Assembly (NCBI RefSeq): GCF_016458275.1
Contig: NZ_JAEMHM010000002.1
Location: 1-64,000 of the forward strand
Reading direction: 5' to 3'
Length of the DNA stretch: 64,000 nucleotides
Source of the DNA: Geomesophilobacter sediminis
GTDB lineage: Bacteria; Desulfobacterota; Desulfuromonadia; Geobacterales; Geobacteraceae
Position 1 is the stretch's first letter; each line of letters starts with the position of its first letter. Positions 25,919-34,051 of this stretch are shown piece by piece. Both the position numbers and the translations under genes were made by a program. The notes beneath the pieces are model-generated. The model had not been told where the DNA came from. It made no database searches and saw nothing but the letters and a program-made list of their open reading frames with translations.

Positions 25919-27097
25919 ATGACGGACAGGTCGAGGAAGGGGATCGGACGGAGGGATTTTCTCAAGGTCGGGCTGGTCGGTACCACCTCGGCCCTGTTGG
26001 GAGGGCGCGCCCTGGCCGAGGCGGCGGAGAGCCTCGCCGCGACCAAGCCGGCGCCGTTTCCGGAACCGGTCTACCGGACCCTGGGACGGACCGGGCTCAA
26101 GGTCAGCGTAGTCAGCTTCGGCGCCATGCTCACCCCGGAGCCGGAAGTGATCCGGGTCGCCCTGGAGCACGGGGTGAACTACGTCGACACCGCCCGCAAG
26201 TACATGAGCGGCAAGAACGAGGAGATCGTGGCCCGCGCCATCAAGGGGCGCCGCGACAAGGTCTTCCTGGCGACCAAGACCCTCCCGGATTCCAAAAGCC
26301 GCGCCGACATCGTCCGCGACGTCGAGGCCAGCCTCAAGGCACTCGGCACCGACCACATCGACGTGATCCAGCTGCACAACCTCACCGAACGGGACCGCAT
26401 CTTCGTTCCCGAGACGCGGGAGGCGCTGCTCACCCTGAAAAAACAGGGGAAGGTGCGTTTCTTCGGCGTGACCACCCACAAAAATCAGGCCGAGGTGCTG
26501 AACGCCCTGGTGGATGACAAGGACCGCTTCTTCGACACCTGCCTGGTCGCCTACAACTTCAAGAGCGATCCGGTGGTAGGTGAGGCCATTGCCCGCGCCG
26601 CCGCGGCCGGGATCGGGATCGTCGCCATGAAAAGCCAGGCCGGCGGCTACCAGACCGACGCCCTGGGCAAGATCAGTCCTCATCAGGCCGCCCTGAAATG
26701 GGTGCTCCAGAATCCCCACGTCTCCAACGCCATCCCCGGCATCAAGGATATGTCCCAGCTTCGGGAAAACATCGCGGTCATGGGGATGTCCTTCAAGTAC
26801 GCCGACCGCAGGATTCTGGAGCGCTATGCCGAGGCGGTCGAACCTTTCTACTGCAGCTTCTGCGGCTCCTGCGAAAAGGGGTGCCCGCGCGGCGTGGAGA
26901 TCGGTACCGTCAACCGTGCCCTGATGTATGCCGAGGGGGGCTACCGCGATCACGCCCTGGCGCGGGCCACGTACGCCGAACTCTCCCCGTCGGCTAACGC
27001 CGCCTCTTGCGTCGACTGCGCCTCCTGCACCGCACGGTGCGTCAACGGCCTCGACATCCCCGTGAAAATGGACCGGGCGCGCCAGCTCCTGGGATAG
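25919..27097 (+). CDS. Tat-exported aldo/keto reductase with C-terminal Cys-rich (ferredoxin-like 2x CxxCxxC-type) extension
   Basis: GAGGAGGGGG RBS; twin-arginine signal (SRKGIGRRDFLKVGLVGTTSALLGGRALA); AKR core; CSFCGSCEKGCP and CVDCASCTARC motifs. Confidence 0.85.
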   Translation: MTDRSRKGIGRRDFLKVGLVGTTSALLGGRALAEAAESLAATKPAPFPEPVYRTLGRTGLKVSVVSFGAMLTPEPEVIRVALEHGVNYVDTARKYMSGKNEEIVARAIKGRRDKVFLATKTLPDSKSRADIVRDVEASLKALGTDHIDVIQLHNLTERDRIFVPETREALLTLKKQGKVRFFGVTTHKNQAEVLNALVDDKDRFFDTCLVAYNFKSDPVVGEAIARAAAAGIGIVAMKSQAGGYQTDALGKISPHQAALKWVLQNPHVSNAIPGIKDMSQLRENIAVMGMSFKYADRRILERYAEAVEPFYCSFCGSCEKGCPRGVEIGTVNRALMYAEGGYRDHALARATYAELSPSANAASCVDCASCTARCVNGLDIPVKMDRARQLLG

Positions 27098-27103
27098 GTG
27101 ATT

Positions 27104-28006
27104 ATGCGAATCCTTCCGAACCTGCTCCTACTGCTGCTTTTGATGGTTCCCGCTTTGGCGGCCGCGGCCGGGCCGACCGAGCTTCTCCCGGTGCCCGAGT
27201 GCGGACCCGACTGGAAGCTCGACGGCAAGACCGCCGCCTACGACAAGGAGAACCTTTCCGAGCATATCGACGGCGAGGCGGAGCTCTTCTTCCCGTACGG
27301 GTTCGAGTTCATGGCCTGCGCCCGGTTTAAGAAGGGGACGCGCTCCTTCGACCTCGAGGTCTACCGGATGGGCTCGCCCCTCGATGCCTACGGGATGTTC
27401 GCCAACTATCGTCCCGGTGAGGCCGCCCCCATCAGCACCGGGACCGAAGGGGCGGTGAGCGATGCCCAGCTCTTCTTCTACCAGGACCGTTATTTTGTCC
27501 GGCTCCAATCCACGGGCAATCCCGATGCCGGCAAGAGCGCCCTGTCCGCCTGCGCCCAAGCGGTTGCCAAGCGGCTGCCGATGGGGGGAGAGCCGCCCCG
27601 GGAGCTGCAGCTTCTAGCGATCCCCGAAGTGGTTGCCGGCAGCGTCCGTTACAGCGCGACGAGCCTGCTGGGTTACGACTTTTTCCCCAAGGGGATGATG
27701 GCCGACGCGCTGGTGGAGAAGGAACCGGCGCGGGTATTCGTTCTTTTCTGCGCCACCCCCGAGGCTGCGGCGCAGGCCCTTTCCGCGTACCGGGGCTACC
27801 TCAGGCAAAACGGGATCGAGCCTCCGGTGGAGGAAGAAGAGGGGGCCAAGGAGCTCCCGCTGATCACCCTGGATCCGCTGTACGGGCGGGTGCTCGTCCA
27901 GCAGGCGGGTCGCTACCTGGTGGGGATCGCCCGGGTGAAGGACGCCTCGGCGGGACTCCCGGTCCTGGAGAAGCTTAGGACGAAGGTGTTATCCAATAAA
28001 CAATGA
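27104..28006 (+). CDS. Secreted hypothetical protein
   Basis: Signal peptide MRILPNLLLLLLLMVPALAAAAG; ORF immediately follows AKR. Confidence 0.6.
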   Translation: MRILPNLLLLLLLMVPALAAAAGPTELLPVPECGPDWKLDGKTAAYDKENLSEHIDGEAELFFPYGFEFMACARFKKGTRSFDLEVYRMGSPLDAYGMFANYRPGEAAPISTGTEGAVSDAQLFFYQDRYFVRLQSTGNPDAGKSALSACAQAVAKRLPMGGEPPRELQLLAIPEVVAGSVRYSATSLLGYDFFPKGMMADALVEKEPARVFVLFCATPEAAAQALSAYRGYLRQNGIEPPVEEEEGAKELPLITLDPLYGRVLVQQAGRYLVGIARVKDASAGLPVLEKLRTKVLSNKQ

Positions 28007-28061
28007 GACAATGAAACAATGAAACAATTCCTGTGGTTGGGCCGCTGTTCCTGTAGGAGCG

Positions 28062-28086
28062 ACATTCCTGTCGCGATCCGCCGAAG
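28062..28086. repeat. REP family B element (GTAGGAGCGACATTCCTGTCGCGAT); other copies at ~37493-37530, 37830-37880 and 48383-48410
   Basis: Direct comparison. Confidence 0.7.
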
Positions 28087-28142
28087 GCGGTAACCGCGCT
28101 ACCGGTCAATCGCGCCCGGAAGGGCGCTCCCCCAGGGTAATC

Positions 28143-28166
28143 CCTTCCTTCCTTCCTTCCTTCCTT
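28143..28166. repeat. (CCTT)6 tetranucleotide microsatellite ~130 bp upstream of the A2M start
   Basis: ccttccttccttccttccttcctt. Confidence 0.9.
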
Positions 28167-28293
28167 TCTGTTCTTTTCCCCGTTGTTTCAACTCCAAAAT
28201 ATCCTCGGCCTGTCTTTATTAATCCAGCTTTTGTGATATGCACTGATGGTATTTTTGCCAATGCGGTCATTTTCTATGACAGTGGAGGGACTC

Positions 28294-31200
28294 ATGCGAC
28301 TTTCCTTGGTCGGGCTGGCCATGCTGCTCATTTTTGCCGCCACCGCAGCCTGGGCCGATTCGCCGCGGGTGGAACGGTTTTCGCCCACGGGGAGGGCCAA
28401 GGGGGTCCGGCAGGTCGCGGTCCTCTTCTCGGAGCCCATGACCACCTTCGGCGACCCGCGCAACGACAGTCCCTTCGATATCTCCTGCCCCGAAAAAGGT
28501 TCCGGCCGTTGGGTCGACGTCTCCAACTGGGTCTTCGACTTCGACCGGGACGTTCCCGCCGGGGTCTCCTGCCTCTTCACTCTCAAAGATGGTCTCAAGA
28601 GCGCCTCCGGCCTCCCGGTCGGCGGTGAACGGAGCTTCTCCTTCAGCACCGGCGGTCCCGGTATCCTCCACGCGCGTCCCTCCGACGGCAAGACCATCGA
28701 GGAGGATCAGATCTTCATCCTGGACCTGGACGGCGCGCCTGATGAGGCGTCGGTCCTTGGCAACGTGCGGTTTGCCGTCGAGGGGCTGGCCGAGCCGGTC
28801 GGCGCCGAGATCGTGAAGGGGACGGAGCGGGCCACCGTTCTCAAGGCCGCTGGCGAGAAGGACCTGGACACCACGTTGCTTTTGCGCTGCCGGCAGCGCT
28901 TTCCGAGCAAGGCCGCGGTGAAGCTGATCTGGGGCGCGGGGGTGCGCTCGGTCACCGGCCTGGTGTCCGACGAACAGGTCGTGAACTACACCGTACAGGA
29001 TTCCTTCACCGTCACCTTCAAATGCGAGCGGACCCGTGCCGATGCCGCCTGCCTTCCCATGACCCCGATGCAGCTTCGCTTCTCGGCGCCGGTCCCGACC
29101 CCCCTGGCGCGCAAGATCGTCCTCAAATCCGGGAAACGGACCTATCGTCCCAAGGCGATCGCCGAAGACGAGGAGTCGACGGAGGAGAGCGCCACGGCTC
29201 TGCCGACGGTCCGGGCGGTCAAGTTCGAGGGGCCGTTTCCCGAGCACAAGTCGCTGAAGTTGGAGCTTCCCGCCGGCTTTGCCGACGAGGCGGGACGTCG
29301 CCCGGCCAACGCCGACAAGTTTCCCCTTAAGGTGACGACCGACGGCTATCCTCCCCTGGCGAAATTCGCCGCGCCCTTCGGCATCGTGGAATGGGGCGCC
29401 GATGCCGCCATTCCGGTCACCCTGCGCAACCTGGAGCCGAATGTGAAGGGGCGGCAGCTCTCCGCCCTTCCGGCACCGGCCGCTGAGGCCGCGGTGCCCG
29501 CCCAGCCGGCGGCAACCCCTGCCGAGGGGATCAAGGGGAAGACCCGGCGCCTGGACGACAGCCGCGAGGAGCAGATCATCCAGTGGCTGCGCAAGGTCCG
29601 GGAGGCCCGCCGGGAGAAGCCGCTTCTCAAGGGGGCGGGGGCGGATCGGATCGTGGTCCCCAAACCCAACGGGGAGAAGGCGTTCGAGGTGGTGGGGATC
29701 CCGGTCAAAAAACCGGGGTTCTATGTCGTGGAACTGGAAAGCCCCATCCTCGGGGCGGCGCTTTTGGAAAAGAAGCGGCCGATGTTCGTCTCCTCGGCGG
29801 CCTTGGTCACCAATCTTTCCGCCCATTTCAAGAAGGGGCACGAATCCTCCCTGGTGTGGGTCACCTCGCTGGATAAGGGAGAGCCGGTGGCCGGGGCCGC
29901 CGTCACGGTGCGCGACTGCAAGGGGAAGCTCTATTGGCGGGGAACTACCGACGCCGAAGGGATCGCGCGGATCGGCAAGAAGTTCCCGGAGCAGCTCCCG
30001 TACTGCTCCCAGGAGAAGGAGGCCGAGGAGGAAGAGGACTCCTACAGCGACAACAACGGCTCCATGCTGCAGGGAACCTCGGGCGGACTCTTCGTCTTTG
30101 CGCGCCGAAACGACGACCTGACCCTCGTCCACACCAGCTGGGACCGCGGCATCGAGAGCTGGCGCTTCAACCTCCCCGGTGCGGAGTACCGGGAGCACAC
30201 CATCGCCCATACCGTTTTCGACCGGACCCTGGTGCGCGCCGGGGAGACGGTGCACATGAAGCACTTCATGCGCAACCATGTCATGAAAGGGTTCGCGCTG
30301 CGCAAGCCGTCCGAACTGCCGCAGGCGGTGGTGGTGCAGCACCGCGGCAGCGGGCAGACCTACGAATTCCCGCTTTCCTGGCACGCCGACAACAGCGCCG
30401 AGAGCACGATGACCGTTCCCAAGGGGGCGGAACTCGGCTTCTACGACGTCTATCTCACCCAAAAATCCACGGCTCCGGCGAATGGGGAAGAGTCCGATTC
30501 GCAGCGGGGCGGGAGCTATGTCGTTGGCTGGAATTCCGGATTCTTCCGGGTGGAGGCGTTCCGGGTCCCGCTCATGAGAGGGGTGGTCGAGCCGCCTAAG
30601 GAACCGGCGGTGAACGCCACCGCGGTCGACGTCGACCTCTACGTCGCCCATCTTTCCGGCGGCGGGGCCGGGGGGGCGCCGGTGAAGCTGCGGACCCGGG
30701 TCGCCCCGCGCTCGGTTCATTTCGATGACTACGAGGAGTACACCTTTGCCAACGGCAAGGTGCAGACCGGTGTGGTCAAGGAGGATTATCAGGACCCCGC
30801 TTCGGAGGGGGAGGAGCTCCGGGAGGATCTTTCCGGCACGCCGCAGTACCGAACCCAGGAGTTCGTGCTCGACAAGTCCGGCGCCTACCGGGCGCGCATC
30901 GGCGCGCTCCCCACCACTGCGTCGCCGCAGACTCTTCTCGCCGAGCTGGAGTTCCGCGACCCGAACGGGGAAATCCAGACCGTGACCGGACGGATTCCGC
31001 TCTGGTCCTCGAAGCTGCTGGTGGGCATCAAGCCGCAATCCTGGACCGCGTCGGGCGATTCTCTCGAGTTTTCCGCGCTGGTGCTGGATCTGAAGGGACG
31101 CCCGGTACCGGGGGCCAAGGTGGACGTGGAACTTTTCCGCCGGAAGAACTTCTCCCACCGCAAGCGCCTGGTCGGCGGCTTCTATTCCTACGAGCACGTG

Positions 31201-34050
31201 ACCGAGACCAAGGGGCTCGGCGCCATCTGCTCGGGGACCACCGACGGCAAGGGGCTCCTCCACTGCAGCGGCAAGCCCGCCAGCTCCGGAAACCTCATCC
31301 TTCAGGCGACGGTGGTCGACGATGCCGGCAACGTCGCCTCCGCCAACCAGGACGTCTGGGTGGCGGGGAAGGATGAGTGGTGGTTCGAGACCGGCGACAG
31401 CGACCGGATCGACCTCCTGCCGGAGAAAAAGGCGTACGAGCCGGGCGAGGTGGCGAAGTTCCAGGTCCGCTCCCCGTTCCGCTCCGCAACCGTGCTGGTC
31501 GCGGTCGAGCGGGAAGGGGTGATCGAAGCGCACGTACAGCAGATCAGCGGCAAGCAGCCGATCGTCTCGGTCCCGATCAAGGGGAGCTATGCCCCCAATG
31601 TCTTCGTCTCCGCCCTCTGCGTTCGGGGCCGGCTCTCCGGAACCAAGCCGACCGCCCTCTTCGATCCGGGCAAGCCGTCCTATCGCCTGGGAATCGCGGA
31701 GGTCCGGGTGGGGAGCCTCGCTCACGAGTTGCAGGTGAAGGTGACCCCGGACCGCCCAAGCTACCAGGTGCGCGGCAAGGCGCAGATCGCCATCAAGGTG
31801 GTCCGGGCCGACGGCGGCAGGCTCCCCAAGGGGGCGGAGGTTGCGGTGGCCGCGGTGGACGAAGGGCTCCTGGAGCTCATGCCCAACAACAGCTGGAAGC
31901 TCCTGGAGGCGATGCTGGGGCGCCGCGGCTACGAGGTCGAAACCGCGACCGCCCAGACCCAGGTGGTCGGGCGGCGCCATTTCGGCCTGAAGGCACTTCC
32001 CGCCGGTGGCGGCGGGGGGATGCGCTCGGCGCGCGAGCTCTTCGATACGCTTTTGGCCTGGAAGGGGCGGGTCAAGCTGGACGAGAACGGCGAGGCGACG
32101 GTCGAGATCCCGCTCAACGACTCCCTCACCAGCTTCGCCGTGGTGGCGGTCGCCGATGCCGGTCCCTCGCTCTTCGGCACCGGACGCACCACGATCCGCA
32201 CCACCCAGGACCTGATGGTCCTCTCGGGACTTCCGCCGGTGGTCCGGCAGGGGGACTGGCTGACGGCGCTTTTCACGGTCCGCAACGCCTCGAATCGGGC
32301 CATGTCGGTTTCGGTTGCCGCGCGTCCCTCCTGGGAGCCGGAGGGCGCCCGGGCGCCAGTTGCGGTAGAGCTTGCGCCGGGCGAGGCGAAGGAGCTTTCC
32401 TTCCCCGTGGAGGTTCCCGGCGGCATAGAAAAGGCGACCTGGGAGGTGCGGGCCCGGGAGGAAAAGGGGCCCGAGAGCGACACGATCAAGGTCACCCAGC
32501 AGGTGCTCCCGGCGGTCCCGGTCCAGGTCTACCAGGCGACGCTGGCCCAGGTGGACCGGTCGTACCAGGTCGGGGTGCGCCGTCCCGAGCAGGCCCTCAA
32601 AGGGCGCGGCGGGCTCAACGTCACCCTGCGTCCGAAACTGGCCGGCGGGCTGGACGGGGTGACCCGGTACATGCGCAACTATCCCTACAGTTGCATGGAA
32701 CAGATGGTTTCCCGCGCCATTGCCCTTAAGGACGACGCGCTCTGGAAGCAGGTCCTGAAGGTGCTTCCGTCGTACCTTGATTCCGACGGACTGGTGCGCT
32801 ATTTCCCCTCCTCCTGGCTCAACGGCAGTCCCACCCTCACCGCGTACCTTCTTTCCATTACCAACGCGGCCGGGCGGGAGTTGCCGGTGGCGCAGACAAA
32901 TAAGATGCTGGAGGGACTGCGGCTGTTCGTGGAAGGAAAGATCCGGCGGGAGAGCGCCTTTCGCACCGCGGACCGATCCCTCCAGAAACTTGCGGCGATC
33001 GAGGCGCTGGGGCGCCGGGGGCGGGCGAGTAACGATCTGGTTGCGACGGTGACCATCGAGCCGAAGTTCTGGCCGACCTCGGCCCTTCTCGACTGGCTGA
33101 GCATCCTGAAAACGACCAGGGACATCCCGAACCGAAGCCAGCGGCTGAAGGAGGCCGGTGAGCTGCTTCGGTCCCGGCTCAACCTTCAGGGGAGCGCGCT
33201 GACCTTCTCGACCGAGCGTTCCGACGAGCTCTGGTGGCTCATGGTTTCCACCGATGCCAATGCGGTGCGCGCCCTCCTTACCCTGCTGGACGAGGAAGGG
33301 TGGCAGAAGGATCTGCCCCGGCTGGCGCGGGGCGCGGTGGCCCGCCAGACGCGGGGACACTGGGAGACGACCGTTGCCAATGCCTGGGGGGTAGTGGCGC
33401 TGGATGCCTTCTCCAAAAAATTCGAAGCCGCGCCGGTGGCCGGGGCCACCACGGCCGAGTTGGCCGGGACCCGCAAGACGGAGGACTGGGGCAAGGACAA
33501 GAAAGGGAAGACCCTAAGCTTCGGGTGGCCGGACAAGGCGGCCACCCTGGTGCTGCAGCACGAAGGCTCGGGCAAGCCGTGGGCGACGGTGCTGAGTCTC
33601 GCCGCGATCCCGCTCAAGGAACAGGTTTCCAGCGGCTACCACATCAAGAAGAGCGTCGTGGCCGTGGAGCGGCGGATCAAGAACCGCTGGAGCCGCGGCG
33701 ACGTGGCCCGGGTGCGCCTGGAGATCGATGCGCAAAGCGACATGACCTGGGTGGCGGTGAGTGACCCGATCCCGGCGGGAGCGACCATCCTCGGCTCGGG
33801 ACTGGGCCGCGACTCCGACCTCTTGACCGCCGGGGAAAAGAACCGCAGCTGGCCGGTCTTTGACGAGCGCGGCCTCGACACCTACCGCGCCTACTATGAG
33901 TTCGTTCCCAAAGGAAAGCTGGTGGTCGAGTACACGGTCCGCTTCAACAACGAAGGGAAATTCCGGCTGCCCCCGACCCGCGTCGAGGCCCTCTACCTGC
34001 CGGAGATGTTCGGTGAGTCCCCGAACGCCGCGGTATGGGTGGAGAAATAG
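28294..34050 (+). CDS. Bacterial alpha-2-macroglobulin family protein (large periplasmic protease inhibitor), thioester motif CMEQ
   Basis: 1918-aa ORF, GGAGGGA RBS, signal peptide ending AWA-DS, MG-domain repeats, thioester YPYSCMEQ. The antisense 1697-aa ORF is an R/G-rich artefact. Confidence 0.9.
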   Translation: MRLSLVGLAMLLIFAATAAWADSPRVERFSPTGRAKGVRQVAVLFSEPMTTFGDPRNDSPFDISCPEKGSGRWVDVSNWVFDFDRDVPAGVSCLFTLKDGLKSASGLPVGGERSFSFSTGGPGILHARPSDGKTIEEDQIFILDLDGAPDEASVLGNVRFAVEGLAEPVGAEIVKGTERATVLKAAGEKDLDTTLLLRCRQRFPSKAAVKLIWGAGVRSVTGLVSDEQVVNYTVQDSFTVTFKCERTRADAACLPMTPMQLRFSAPVPTPLARKIVLKSGKRTYRPKAIAEDEESTEESATALPTVRAVKFEGPFPEHKSLKLELPAGFADEAGRRPANADKFPLKVTTDGYPPLAKFAAPFGIVEWGADAAIPVTLRNLEPNVKGRQLSALPAPAAEAAVPAQPAATPAEGIKGKTRRLDDSREEQIIQWLRKVREARREKPLLKGAGADRIVVPKPNGEKAFEVVGIPVKKPGFYVVELESPILGAALLEKKRPMFVSSAALVTNLSAHFKKGHESSLVWVTSLDKGEPVAGAAVTVRDCKGKLYWRGTTDAEGIARIGKKFPEQLPYCSQEKEAEEEEDSYSDNNGSMLQGTSGGLFVFARRNDDLTLVHTSWDRGIESWRFNLPGAEYREHTIAHTVFDRTLVRAGETVHMKHFMRNHVMKGFALRKPSELPQAVVVQHRGSGQTYEFPLSWHADNSAESTMTVPKGAELGFYDVYLTQKSTAPANGEESDSQRGGSYVVGWNSGFFRVEAFRVPLMRGVVEPPKEPAVNATAVDVDLYVAHLSGGGAGGAPVKLRTRVAPRSVHFDDYEEYTFANGKVQTGVVKEDYQDPASEGEELREDLSGTPQYRTQEFVLDKSGAYRARIGALPTTASPQTLLAELEFRDPNGEIQTVTGRIPLWSSKLLVGIKPQSWTASGDSLEFSALVLDLKGRPVPGAKVDVELFRRKNFSHRKRLVGGFYSYEHVTETKGLGAICSGTTDGKGLLHCSGKPASSGNLILQATVVDDAGNVASANQDVWVAGKDEWWFETGDSDRIDLLPEKKAYEPGEVAKFQVRSPFRSATVLVAVEREGVIEAHVQQISGKQPIVSVPIKGSYAPNVFVSALCVRGRLSGTKPTALFDPGKPSYRLGIAEVRVGSLAHELQVKVTPDRPSYQVRGKAQIAIKVVRADGGRLPKGAEVAVAAVDEGLLELMPNNSWKLLEAMLGRRGYEVETATAQTQVVGRRHFGLKALPAGGGGGMRSARELFDTLLAWKGRVKLDENGEATVEIPLNDSLTSFAVVAVADAGPSLFGTGRTTIRTTQDLMVLSGLPPVVRQGDWLTALFTVRNASNRAMSVSVAARPSWEPEGARAPVAVELAPGEAKELSFPVEVPGGIEKATWEVRAREEKGPESDTIKVTQQVLPAVPVQVYQATLAQVDRSYQVGVRRPEQALKGRGGLNVTLRPKLAGGLDGVTRYMRNYPYSCMEQMVSRAIALKDDALWKQVLKVLPSYLDSDGLVRYFPSSWLNGSPTLTAYLLSITNAAGRELPVAQTNKMLEGLRLFVEGKIRRESAFRTADRSLQKLAAIEALGRRGRASNDLVATVTIEPKFWPTSALLDWLSILKTTRDIPNRSQRLKEAGELLRSRLNLQGSALTFSTERSDELWWLMVSTDANAVRALLTLLDEEGWQKDLPRLARGAVARQTRGHWETTVANAWGVVALDAFSKKFEAAPVAGATTAELAGTRKTEDWGKDKKGKTLSFGWPDKAATLVLQHEGSGKPWATVLSLAAIPLKEQVSSGYHIKKSVVAVERRIKNRWSRGDVARVRLEIDAQSDMTWVAVSDPIPAGATILGSGLGRDSDLLTAGEKNRSWPVFDERGLDTYRAYYEFVPKGKLVVEYTVRFNNEGKFRLPPTRVEALYLPEMFGESPNAAVWVEK

Positions 34051-34051
34051 C

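Noticed and set aside
28267-33360. 1697-aa ORF on the minus strand antisense to the alpha-2-macroglobulin gene
   Set aside because: Arg/Gly/His-rich with no recognisable domains. Typical shadow ORF of high-GC3 coding DNA. The plus-strand frame carries clear A2M features including the CMEQ thioester.
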